Shown here in pieces: positions 42,263-54,740 of a DNA stretch of 64,000 nucleotides. Made by a program: the position numbers and the translations under genes. Under the pieces are notes generated by a model. That model was not told where the DNA came from and did not search any database. It was given only the letters and a program-made list of their open reading frames with translations. The stretch lies in the NCBI GenBank assembly GCA_965153285.1, contig OZ229114.1. One strand, given 5' to 3'. The DNA comes from Podarcis tiliguerta (lineage: Eukaryota). Within the stretch, counting starts at the first letter, position 1, and each line of letters opens with the position of its first letter.

Positions 42263-43320
42263 CCTCCTGTGGGCTTTTGCGGGAGATGGGGGATTTCCCC
42301 CACCTCCCGCAAAAGCAGGCAAAAGCCGCACGCTCTTTACAGGGGCTCCGCGGCTTCTGCTGCCTTTTCTAGGAGGTGGGGGAATTCCCCCACCTCCTAG
42401 AAAAGGCAGCAGGAGCCACGAACCCTTTGAAGAGCGCGCTGCTCTTGGGGGCTTTTCCCCGAGGAGGGAGAAGGGACTGACTGGCTGAGTCCGTCCCTTC
42501 TCCCTCCTGTGGGCTTTTGCGGGAGATGGGGGAATTCCCCCACCTCCTGCAAAAGGAGGCAAAAGCCGCACACTCTTTAAAGGGGCTCCCTGGCTTCTGC
42601 TGCCTTTTCTAGGAGGTGGGGGAATTCCCCCACCTCCTAGAAAAGGCAGCAGGAGCCACGAACCCTTTGAAGAGCACGCTGCTCTTGGGGGCTTTTCCCC
42701 GAGGAGGGAGAAGGGACGGACTGGCTGAGTCCGTCCCTTCTCCCTCCTGTGGGCTTTTGCGGGAGATGGGGGAATTCCCCCACCTCCCGCAAAAGGAGGC
42801 AAAAGCCGCACACTCTTTAAAGGGGCTCCCTGGCTTCTGCTGCCTTTTCTAGGAGGTGGGGGAATTCCCCCACCTCGTAGAAAAGGCAGCAGGAGCCACG
42901 AACCCTTTGAAGAGCGCGCTGCTCTTGGGGGCTTTTCCCCGAGGAGGGAGAAGGGACTGACTGGCTGAGTCCGTCCCTTCTCCCTCCTGTGGGCTTTTGC
43001 GGGAGATGGGGGAATTCCCCCACCTCCCGCAAAAGGAGGCAAAAGCCGCACACTCTTTAAAGGGGCTCCCTGGCTTCTGCTGCCTTTTCTAGGAGGTGGG
43101 GGAATTCCCCCACCTCGTAGAAAAGGCAGCAGGAGCCACGAACCCTTTGAAGAGCGCGCCGCTCTTGGGGGCTTTTCCCCGAGGAGGGAGAAGGGACTGA
43201 CTGGCCATTTCAGTCCCTTTTCCCTCCTGGTCGAAAAGCCCGTAGGAGTCGCGCACGGCTCCTGTGGGCTTTTGCGGGAGGTGGGGGAATTCCCCCACCT
43301 CCCACAAAAGCAGGGAGAAG
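42263..43320. repeat. Tandem array 2: 4 x 240-bp palindrome-rich units plus a partial unit
   Basis: Exact 240-bp period (42263, 42503, 42743, 42983); partial copy at about 43259-43318. Confidence 0.95.
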
Positions 43321-45392
43321 GTCTTGGAGTAGCGCACAGGCTGCGTGAAGCCTGTCCGCTGCTCCCAGAGCTGTGGGGGGGAAATAATATTTTTTCCCCT
43401 GATTTCCCCCCTGAAAACTAGGTGCGTCCTATGGGCCGGTGCGTCCAATAGGGCGAAAAATACGGTAGATTCCATCTGCATCAAGGCCAAACTGTTGTGG
43501 CATGAACAGCAGCAGTCTCTTTTAGGAATGCCTGAATGGAAACTATTTTAACTGAGCTTTGTTGGGCCTACCAATTCTGGTAAAAAATTAACAATCACTT
43601 TAATAAAAAATGGAGTTTTAAAAACATGATTTTCTTACTTTGTATCAAATTTGATTTCAGTATTTGTTCATTCACCCTGCAAAAGTGTTGTTTTATTTCA
43701 TTTATTTAAGATGTACATTTAATTCCCACAAGCATTTTCTGTCCTATTCTTCTCTTCACAAGCATACATACTAATCTCCATGTCCTTGGTGCTTTTAACC
43801 CACTTCCTCACTGGTAACTTTCATTGATCTCTGTGGGCCATAACTGGGAGAGCCTTTAGGAAATCTGGCCCATGAGAGCAATTCACATAGTGAAATGAGA
43901 AAAGAATTTTAATTGTACAAAATGGAACTTTCACTTAATGAAATCAATTGAAGAAACTCGGCTCATGTTCTAACAAAACAAGCACAAATCGGTACATTTT
44001 ACGCCTTGCAAAGAAAGGAGAAAAAGCTCATTGTTTGGGATAGATTTTTCACTCAGTCCTGAATTTGCTTGGGAAGTAGGTTGCATGTAATTTAATTCTT
44101 GTTTTAAGAGGTATCTTGAAACATGTTATGCTCTTCCACTGCATAACAGCCAGAAACAATTAGCAATGTAATGCATAATTTCTTCCCTGAATAATTGACT
44201 TAGCACACAATGTAACAGACATGTTTTGAAGTTCAGGAGAAATAGACGATTGTGGGGGGCAGTGGGGAGACGACGATGGTGATGAAGACTGTTGGCCAGC
44301 TGCCAGGAAGAGAATTTGGAATAGTTATAGTATGTCTTAGTAATGGCTGAAAGGGCAATACAGTAAAGACCTCAGGGACTTCAAATCACTACAGAGTATG
44401 AAAATTGATGCCTCTGGTACCAGAGCGATAGACTAAACTACTTGCGTTGGCACAGTATTAAAGATTTGGATTGTTTATTTCTGCATTTGGGAAGATAACT
44501 GAATTTCCTCCAGGATTAGCAATTGAGCAAGCTAATTCCTCAATAAAAGATTTTATCACACAGTGTAATTTTTAACAGGGAGGGAAGTGGTCTTTCTACC
44601 TTATTTGAGCCTTAGAAGTAATTTGTTTCATGTTTTCCCTCTTCTCAAAGTGCTTAATTGTACGGTATTGGCAACAGCATGAAACAATAGGCTGGTGCTT
44701 CTCTGCTTTTCACACCATATATGCTTTACTGCAATACTTTAACAGGCTATCATAAATTATGTCCTGTTAATTCTGAAATACTGAGATATTTCCGGTAACT
44801 ATACCTTAACATTAATTTGCATGTGCCAAAATGTATGTGTGAGTACATGGGTGGTGGGGAAGGGGGAGAGAGAGAGATAGGAGACAGGATGTGCAGTTGA
44901 CTTGTGCTTCCTGCTCCCTAGATTTCTCTGCCTTGTTCAAAATCAATCCTGCATGTCTTCCTTAGTGGAGACATATGCAAGCTTTGTGTGGGAAAGATGC
45001 ACAAGACCAATTTCAGACAAGATAGGGAAGCATAAGAAACAAAAAGTGCAACAAGTCAGTTGTGCATCCTGTTCTCCCTTATCGTTATCCCAAAGCTCCC
45101 AAAAATTCACACTGGCCACAAATCCCTTCTGTTTTACAGTATTAATAATATGGAATCTTTCCCAGAAACCAAACTTGGAATTTCAGAGCAAAATCTATAC
45201 CACTTATTCGGATAAATTTGTAATGAGATTACTGTGCCGTTTCTGAATAGGGAACAAGGGGGATGGCTTGAAGCATAGAAACCATTGCTTTACTGGAAAG
45301 TTAGATCCAAATAAAAGGCATAAAAATATTGAAAATACAGTCTTTCAAGCAGCATTTTGTGATATTTTCTGTTTGTAAGATATTCTAGCTAC

Positions 45393-45472
45393 ATTCCTGC
45401 ATTGCAGGTTGTTGGACTACATGACTCTTGGGGCACCTTCCAACGCTACTGTTACCCTATGATTCTATGATT
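45393..45472 (+). mobile_element. CR1 3' tail with (ATTCTATG)-type terminal repeat
   Basis: attcctgcattgcaggttgttggactacatga...ccttccaac...ctatgattctatgatt. Confidence 0.65.
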
Positions 45473-45661
45473 TGTTGTTCAGATTTCCCTCTGCTCTTTC
45501 ACCTTACCCTGTAGTTCTTGAAGTAACTGGATAGGAGACCTGCAATGTTTGCTATTTTATTGAAAAACCAAATAAAATATATGGGGTGGGGGAGATATTA
45601 CTGGATTTAGCAAAACTGCGGTGGAGCTTAATTGAGATGGTTGCTCTCTAGTTTCATTTGA

Positions 45662-45901
<240 letters not shown>

Positions 45902-46404
45902 TAAAATAAATCATTTAAGGGTAATTCATGAGATCATACAGGTCTGTTGTACAGGTGTGGCATTCTTGTGACACTGCAGATCATGCTTTTCATCCCACAA
46001 CAATTACAGGGATCTTCCTATGTCAGAAGAATACAATGGGCTTGAACATTATCCTTAGGTTTTTATGTACTCGTGACTAAAATCTTAAATACTTGTCAGA
46101 AATCAGATCCAAATTTTGATCCAGGAAGTTGGTATGGTTTAAGACCTGGGTAGCATCAGCCTAATATATCAGTTTTGATAGAGAAAGTTATGTACAACTA
46201 GCAACATATACTAGTTTATCTCCACTGGATTAATGGATTAGATGAAAATGGTCATCTATTTTTTAAGACTAAAATGAGAAAAATTTTCAGATGCCTGCAC
46301 TCTGAAATAAATACTGTGTTCTATAAACATCAGTGGAATCTATGCATCATACTGTACTTTTCAGTATGTGTGGTGGGTCTCCCTACGAGGGCTTGGCAAC
46401 TGAC

Positions 46405-46552
46405 TAGGGTTGCCATATATATGGATTCAAACGGCGAAATTAGTGTCTGGGGTTGGGGGAATGCATCACTCTTTGCCTTTTTTTGTTGATTTCCCACTAA
46501 AAGCTCAACAACTTTTGTCCGGATTTTTACTTCTTAAAATATGGCAACCCTA
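46405..46552. mobile_element. hAT (Tip100-like) MITE with 8-bp TSD
   Basis: 14-bp perfect TIR tagggttgccatat/atatggcaacccta; TSD caactgac vs caattgac. Confidence 0.85.
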
Positions 46553-47036
46553 CAATTGACCAGTGAGGCACAAGCTACTTCCTCACCTAACACAGTTCAA
46601 TTTTTCAATGTTATTTAATTGAGCCCAGAATCAGAATGCTTAGTTTCTTTGATCATTGTAGCAGCCAGCTGTGTAAACTATGCTATTTCTCTCCACGCTT
46701 GTTTTCTGTGCTGCAAGCAAATCTGGCAGCCCAGTCCCACTTCTTGTTTTGAGAAACTTTCTTTGGAGATCCTTTCCTGAGGACACCTATAGGATGGGAT
46801 GGGTCCATAGGACTGTGCACATCCAGTTCTTCATTTGTTTGGCTCACTTCCAGCTGAACCATTTCTATTATAGTTGAGTGTGTTTCATCAAGCATTTCTT
46901 TTCTTGATTTGATAAGATGTGCAAAGATGACATTTGGGAACTTTGGCACTATTTTTTTATTGTATGTTTCCTTGAGACACTTGTGAAGAAAGTAGTTAAT
47001 AAATTAATAAAAATTAACATAATTCTGATAGGATAA

Positions 47037-47195
<159 letters not shown>

Positions 47196-50100
47196 TAAGG
47201 TGCAACTTCTCTGTGTTTCAGACTTCATTAACTGTTTTTTCCTTACTGCTGAAGTGTTACTTTTCCAGCTTATTTCCAAAGGGAATTGGGCAAAATCAAG
47301 GTGACATACTTCCTTTAAAGCCTGTGAGACTGAATCACAGTCATGGAGTTTTCTTGATATCATTGTAGTCCGATTACGCAGAACTTTCTCTGGATTGTCT
47401 CCATTACATACAAGACATAAAAATTTGCACATCTATCATAATAGCGCAGTCCCAAAGCTAACTTAATTTTGACCATTTATAACATGCAAAACTACTACAA
47501 TTAAGGTGTTTGTTGTGTTTTGTACACTATCCTTGGCAATATCTTCACAAAATCTTTTTGAAAACATAGTTTGGATCTCCTGGCAATTAGCAAAGTTAAA
47601 TGTGCTGATGTTAATGTGGCCAAAGTAAGCAGGTCAAACTGGATTACATACAAAATACAAATCCAGTGCTTTCACAAGAAATGTCTCACGCATTAGCAAG
47701 TTTCAATCATTCCCAGTTCAGCAATATCAGCAGTAGATGCTTGAGCTAGGAAAGAGAAATTTCCTCCAAATGGTGAGGAATTGGGAAGGAAATTGCTAAC
47801 CCCCTGGCAGTATTTGGATGCCCATGTAATCTTATTGGACATCACTTTCCCTTCACGGATTTGCACCAATTTTAGCTTTTTGCATACAATCAAACACCTG
47901 ATTCATAGCTAGAAGCTGCTCTGTATTTAATGTGGGATAGTGAGACATTTGTTACGGATGCAGAGGGGGCCAGCTACACTACAATGCCTGATTTACCATC
48001 CACAAATTCTCTGAAAAGGCAAGCTTGAACCATTTCCAACCATCAGCTTATAGGTTGATTTATTATATCAACCTATGCAATGCTAAAGCAGGCCATGATT
48101 CTTATGATGACATCACTAGGAACACTGCTGGAAAAAACTGTGTGTATTTCATATAATACTCACTGCTTCAAAATCATACAAGTGGATCCATAATGTGGGG
48201 CACTACCAGGGTGAGGCATAAACTGCCCCATATTCTGGGAATAACAGCTAGCAAGGATACATTCCTAATGAAGATCAATATAATTGTTCAGCACGAATGT
48301 AAAACTATATTACTGCCCATTTTGTCCACTACACATTTCAGTAAAGAAAGTGAACTGTGTGTATTAAGTAAAACCCCTACTACTACTACTACTACTACAC
48401 TACTACTATTTTTTTATTTATACCCCACCCATCTGTCTGGGTTGTCCTAGCCACTCTAATGCATCAACAAACTATAAATCAATATATGGTTCAAGTGCAT
48501 ATGTCAAGTGCATATTTTGGATTTGAAACAGCACTTGAATTGGGGATAAGCATAAGCTTTCTACAGATGTGTAACATGGTGTGTGATTATGTTCTGGGTC
48601 AAATTTATTTACTGCCTTCTCTCACACATTAATTTGCTTTCCATGTTCAAGGGCAGAAAGTGCATATGAGCTTATGACTTTCTATTTTTAAAGTTTCTCG
48701 CTCATTTTTATGCTGGGTCAAAACTAGTAGGCATATATTCATGAAGGCAGCTGATAATACATTACATACACATTCAAATTTTCTTCCTGCTTGATTGTCA
48801 TGGGTTAGTTTTCCCCCCACATCTGGTCTCAACATGTCCTCTGATAGGAAGTCTATAAGGGAAAAAAGGTTGATGGGCCATCCAGTGATTCCTTTCAAAA
48901 TTTTGATAGATATCTCATACTTGGCAAATTACTGCATATGAAAAGCATAATTAGCAAATCTGTTTTTTTAATCATGTGGCTTTCATTACTTTGGTTTAAA
49001 TCCAAGTCCTTTTTCACTTCAAACTGTCTTCTTCTGGCATGGTTTAAAAATCTGGCAACCCCTGGTTTATAGCTCATAGTTTCTTAAGACTGTCCAAGAA
49101 GTTCTGCCAGGGCATCCTGATAAAAGATGCCAAAGATACCCACAAGTGAGATGATGGTCACTTTTTTTCAAGATCATTGCAAAATTATGGGTTTCTTTAT
49201 GGTTATTCCAAGATAATTTCCTCATGTAATGGATCCTATAACCCTTAATGATAATTGGTTAAATTCTATTTCTTTTTCTTCTTGAAGTATAAATGAAGGA
49301 ATATAGACATGTTGACCAATGTAGACACAACCTTGTTAAATGATCCAAAAGATTATTGTTTGTGGGTAACCCTACATGATTTAGGCAATTATGGGATAAT
49401 GTCTGGTGTGGTTTCATTTTATATAGCCTAACAGACAATTTATTGGAAAATCTAAAAGCAATCAGATGAAAAGTGAAATTCCTTTGTATTTAGAAAGGGG
49501 TAATTTTTCTCTAGGGAATGGGTTGAGAAGGACTGAGAGCTTCCGGTGAACTAGAACATTTCGTTACATGTTTGAGTTTAAAATGTTATGATAACAAGGC
49601 AAACCAATCAAAACTTATCTCCATTTAAATTATACAGAATGCTTCATAAAATCAATGGAATAATTTTTTGGTGTGCAGTACTAAACAGTTTCAGTTATTC
49701 ACATGACTGCTTCTGCATGACAAAGGTCACAATCTTTTATGGAATTAAATGCATCTACGCCTATTGATTTCACTTTGAAGCAGACGTGTTCATAATGCTC
49801 TGCACCTCCCCAACACAATACACACTGCAAGCCCAAGATCTAGGTAGAAGGCCTTTATGTAAATGGGTTTAACCTGTTGTATATATATTTATTTTTATTT
49901 ATGAAATATGTATTGCACCCTTGCCCCATGACTGTTATTCTATTTTGTCCTCACAACACGCCTGTGAAGTGGTTACCCATTACTTTCCAACTATGCTGTG
50001 AAGCAGATTGTGTGCTACTGGTCGTTGTTATGCTTATTACCCCGTGGTTAATAGGGCAGTGAGAGACAGTTGAGAACATGAATAATTTTTCCTTTTGGTC

Positions 50101-50388
50101 AATAGTAACTATGCTGGGAATTCTACTTTCAAGAATAATGAAATGTAGTAATCTAAAACTCAGATGTAATAGTGAGAAAAGCTATCTTCACTATTCTGTC
50201 AGACTGTGAATTGAATTTCAAAGGATTATTGGCCACTTAATAATGTGGACAGAGTGGTTATTGATTTTAATTATGGCAATTACCACCTATGGAATAGTTA
50301 ATGCAAAACAAAGTTTAGAAAGCAAGGTCCTGTTTCTGCAACTGCTAACAGGTAATTTTGTTTTCATTTGATATGTATTTTTTTGAAG

Positions 50389-50616
50389 AATTAATGGAAG
50401 TCACTTTAAGGATGAAAAGACTCTGGTGACAAGCCAGAACTCAGACTTGTTGGAAGATGAAGAAGCAGAAGATGAAGTAATGATGGATGAAGAAGATGAA
50501 GAAAGTGAGATAACAGGGGGGTCAGTTAAAGAACCAGCTGTAAGCAACGTATGTGAAGAGGGTGACTATGAAGAAGCAAATGCTTTGGAAATGAATTGCA
50601 AGACTTCTCCTGGCAG
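50389..50616 (+). CDS. MECOM: MECOM exon: acidic domain
   Basis: ttttgaag acceptor; [40 protein letters not shown]...[11 protein letters not shown]; 228 nt; donor gtagga. Confidence 0.94.
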
Positions 50617-51020
50617 GTAGGAGCAAAATCAAAGTAGATGGTAGAAAATACAGCAGAATTCCCAATTTCTAGGACTTAATCCAGGTTCTGTATTTGCAGG
50701 TTGACCTAAATATGCCTGTTAATAATTATTTGTGAACAAGGTTTGGAATAGAAAAACTATTGTGCAACTGAGCAGCTTTCTAAGGGGTGTGATCCAGATA
50801 AAGTTAGCCACACTTTATAGTTTCATTTAAATCAGTAGAACCTAATGATATGGTTAAGAATTTATTTTTTAAAAAGAACCATGCCTATTATGCCCTCAAT
50901 TTTGCCCAAAGTCTGTTAAAGGAAAGACCAGACAAAATATTTCAATTACTATTTTTTAAAAATCACTGATAATTTGCGTTTCAAAACCAATCAGTATGCC
51001 AATCTTTGGACATTTCATAG

Positions 51021-51207
51021 GTATAAGGAAGATGAGTTTAATAAAACTGGACTTTCTGCATTGGACCATATAAGGCACTTCACTGATAGCCTCAAAGTGA
51101 GGAAAGTAGAAGAAAGCCAGTTCAGTGAAGCTGAACTGGCAGCGTTTAGCACCTCCCATCTGCCAGAAGACTTAAAGCAGCCATTGTGTCGCAAGTCCAA
51201 ATCCCAG
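51021..51207 (+). CDS. MECOM: MECOM penultimate coding exon
   Basis: tttcatag acceptor; [62 protein letters not shown]; 187 nt; donor gtaaat. Confidence 0.96.
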
Positions 51208-52585
51208 GTAAATCTATTTTATTGTGCTTTCAGGATAAATTGTAATCTGGTTGGGAAGGGTGGGAAGAGTGATGGTGGGGATTGAAACAATAGATTGGGA
51301 GGAGTCAAAGAAGGCCAGTGCCGAGTCAATAATCCTGAGAGTAGCAGAGGAGCAGACAGTCCCGTACAAATGTACACTGAAAACATAAAACACTTGTTGC
51401 TGCATATACTAACAGTAAGAAACCCGTCTGGAGATACCCTCAAAAGGCCACCTCAATTTGTTTGACCTTTTGTGCTGATATGGTTAATGAACCTCTGTTT
51501 TTCTGGCCCATGGTAGATGAGCAAGTGCTGCTGCATCAGCACCACATCCAAGTGAGCTGGTGCTGAGAAAATGGTGGACAGACACTGCTTAACTGCAGTT
51601 AAGAGCTCAGGAGGGACACCAGTGGATCATATGCATCTTCTCTTTTTCCCTTTCTTCTCTAGTACAAATATATCCAGGGTAATGACAGTGGTTCAACCAC
51701 CAACATTAACAATGATGTTTGTTCTTTGAAACTGTTTCCAAACCCAGCTTTCCAAACCTGGCTAAGAAGATTGGACCTTGTGTTGTAACACCTGTAAATT
51801 AAGGACTTCTAAAGAAAAATAAAGATTAGTGCAAACCATAGTTAATGTTGGTGCTGATGTAATTCCTGACATTTGTTAAGATAGATGGAGGAAATATGCA
51901 CTGAAGAATGGAGTACTAAGAGAAAGAGAGAGCGCAATCCTGTGGTCTGTTCCGTTCCCGAATTCATAGACAAGAGAGTTCCAATGTTTTGTCTGTACTG
52001 GCCCTATTAGTCGTATTTACTGGTTGGTACAACTGAGATGGCTAGGCTGTCTAGTTGTAACCTGAAACTATACTTTTCTGGAAAGGAGTCAAGTGTGCTT
52101 ACACATGCTAGTAGAAATTTTAATGTCCCCAGTAGGCCCATGAATACTGCCAATCCTCGTCGGTTTTCTACTTTGCAGAGAAGGTTAACAAATTAGTTCA
52201 TTTAAACTTGTTTGAGAAGATTCGGAACATGCCACAACACAATGAAATCCATGGGGATCCTCTTAACTTACTTCCATGAAGTAAAGACCATAGTCATGTA
52301 ATTAGGTTTTGAAATCACTGAATTGTTCTGTACAACACTCTTATACCAAGGTAATTGACCCCATTAGTGCAGCATTTCTCCAACTGTGGGGCATGAAGCG
52401 TTGTCAGTTTGGCCACTAGTGGCAAAATAACTGCAGTTTTGCTCAACTGAGGGCCTAGCTAGAAACACACCAGTTGTTGCTGCAGGGGAGGAATAGAGAA
52501 GGCAAAATACCCTTGTCTATCCAAACATTGTTGTGGCTGCCTTTCTGACTATGCCCCCGACTGCCTTTTCTTTGTTTCCATACTA

Positions 52586-52689
52586 CCGTATTTACTCAAG
52601 TCTAACGTGTCATCGAATCTAATGTGAACCTTAATTTTCACAACGTAATTTGGCCAAGAAAGGTGAGCATTAGATTCGAGTAAATACGG
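52586..52689. mobile_element. 104-bp Tc1/mariner (CCGTATTT-ended) MITE
   Basis: TIR ccgtatttactcaagtctaa / ttagattcgagtaaatacgg (18/20); TA flanks. Confidence 0.85.
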
Positions 52690-52987
52690 TATATGAAGTT
52701 CTTTGGCTCTTCCCTCTGCCACATTGGGGGCCCATAAAGTACATTCACAGATCCAAAGGGTTTAACAACACAGGCCTAGCACAGTTTCCATTTTTTCTGT
52801 CATGAGCCTTCAGAAACCAAGTGAGAGGACTCTGTGGTACAGGGTGAATTCCAAGATGGTTCCCAGGTGGGAGCCATACTGTTGATTCCCACTGAATGAA
52901 TAGGTTCTTCCACGATAGAACTATGACTCTAAATGATATTACTGAATATCTTATTTTGACTTCTTCCTTCTTCTTCTTCAACTGTAG

Positions 52988-53122
52988 GCCATTGCTATGA
53001 TGCTTTCACTCTCCGACAAGGACTCTCTCCACTCTGCACCCCACAATTCATCCAATGTGTGGCACAGTATGGCAAGAGTTGCTGCAGAATCCAGTGCCAT
53101 CCAGTCCATTAGTCATGTATGA
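52988..53122 (+). CDS. MECOM: MECOM last coding exon with stop codon
   Basis: Polypyrimidine tract plus ctgtag acceptor; [47 protein letters not shown] at 53120-53122. Confidence 0.96.
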   Translation, partial: AIAMMLSLSDKDSLHSAPHNSSNVWHSMARVAAESSAIQSISHV

Positions 53123-54740
53123 CACCGTCAAACGTAACAGGATTGGGACCAAGTCCAAACTAGCAACATGGCTCTTTGCTAGAAGACTATTTAAAAGACT
53201 GCAGAGCAGAATGCCTTAGAAATCTGATGGGTCACATTTAAAGTCAGGTGACCTTAAACTGAATGATTTGAAAGAAAGAAAGAAAACTATTTATTCTCAA
53301 TCTTTTGTTTTGCACAGCGAAGGCAGCTGCTGACATTTTGAGGATCAATGCGACTTTCAAAATACATGGATCAAATAGACCTTGTTGGGGAATATGTGTC
53401 TTCCACTCCACCTACTTGGGGAGGGACTTATGGGTTAAGACGTGTATTGTTACACACACGTTAGCACTCCTTTAAAACAGAATTGTTTTTTCCTTTTTGA
53501 GTCCCCCCTCCCCCCCGTGTAGAATGGTAATTGTAGGCAGGATTAGGAACAGTTGCTTTTCTATACAAATCCTCTTCATCTATGCTTTATGCGTTTGAAA
53601 CCATTTAAGGAAGACAAAGCAGTTCCCTCGAATGTACATCAACCATTAATCTAGAACCTAATGACAAGGAATATTTTGCCCCCTCCTTAACTTTTGCCTT
53701 CTGAACTGCATTGTAAAAATAAAGAACCACATGAGACAATAATGTAAGACGCCTGTGTATATTGTAAAAAAAGAAGAAGAAAAACTTGGGAGAGTTCAGC
53801 AATTAAAGGAGGTGAGTCTTTCAGCTTACTACATGCAAAAGACCACAGTCATCAAACATACCACTATAGTTCAATGTTTCCCTGATCAATGTAATGACAT
53901 TTTAATTTTAGACAATCATGTCACTGTTTTGTTTGTTTTATTTTGTTGGTGTTCATTTGTTGCTCTTGATTTCTTTCTTTATTGGTGTTCCGTGTACATG
54001 TAATTTATTTGTTGGCAAACAATTGTTTGTGGATTAAGAAAAAAGCACTCTTGCTAAATGTAGCACTGTTCATATGAAATTAATAGCACTGTTCCAGTTC
54101 TCTCCAACCCCACCCCACATCATTTTTCTGGGCACCCATGGACTTAAAAAAGGAGGCGAACTGATCTGCATATATGTTCGTGCAAACAGTGTTTAAAAAA
54201 GATTTCTTACATTCCTCTTTTACTATCGTTTTTTTTCCTTTTACTGAAACTAAATAATGAATAGAGGTGATTTAGAGATTTTTTTGTAATACAGCAAAAA
54301 TGATTCAAATGTATAAAGCATTCTAATTTTTCTTCATGAAAGCATGATTCTTCTGATTAAAAAAAGAAAAAGAAAACTGTACCCAATATTTTATGCCGGT
54401 TGTCTGCGAGCTTGTGTGATGTTACGTTCATGTTAATCCTATTTGTAAAATGAAGTGTTCCAAACTTATGTTTAAAAAAGAAAACCCCCAATAAATAAAT
54501 AATGAATTGTATTCAGTTATTTTGGGGGCAGGGGCGGGAGGGGGCCAAGAATTTCGCCCTTTTGGTGAGGGACCAGATTTTATTTTCCTTTTTGTTTATT
54601 ATCTCATTTTGAAATAACCAGCAAGTTGAGGTACTTTCTTTAAATGCTTTGTACAATGTAACTGTTATGCATTTCAGTACATTACTATGGGAGGATCAAA
54701 TTTAAAAAAAAATAAAGGATTACAAAATGAAGACAACATT
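53123..54740 (+). other. MECOM: MECOM 3' UTR (3' end approximate)
   Basis: AT-rich, repeat-free sequence after the stop codon; AATAAA at 53718, 54490 and 54711; GT/T-rich tract downstream of the last signal. Confidence 0.7.
54711..54716 (+). terminator. Probable distal polyadenylation signal AATAAA
   Basis: Canonical hexamer followed within about 40 nt by ttttgttttgttgg, a U/GU-rich downstream element. Confidence 0.6.

Larger units (their letters stand above)
41347..43465. mobile_element. Non-autonomous Tc1/mariner-superfamily (pogo/Tc2-like, CCGTATTT ends) transposon containing tandem arrays
   Basis: TIR ccgtatttttcgccctat (18 bp perfect, 24/27 extended); TA at 41345-41346 and 43466-43467; 2119 bp; no transposase ORF. 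Confidence 0.9.

Noticed and set aside
41525-43320. Regularly spaced palindromic repeats resembling a CRISPR array
   Set aside because: The sequences between palindromes are themselves repeated (no unique spacers), there are no cas genes, the context is a vertebrate intron, and the array is bounded by transposon TIRs.
41248-43551. Many 100-266 aa ORFs on both strands (e.g. 42251-43051 minus)
   Set aside because: They are by-products of GC-rich tandem repeats (the 240-bp period is a multiple of 3); the peptides are repetitive with no transposase DDE or other domain.
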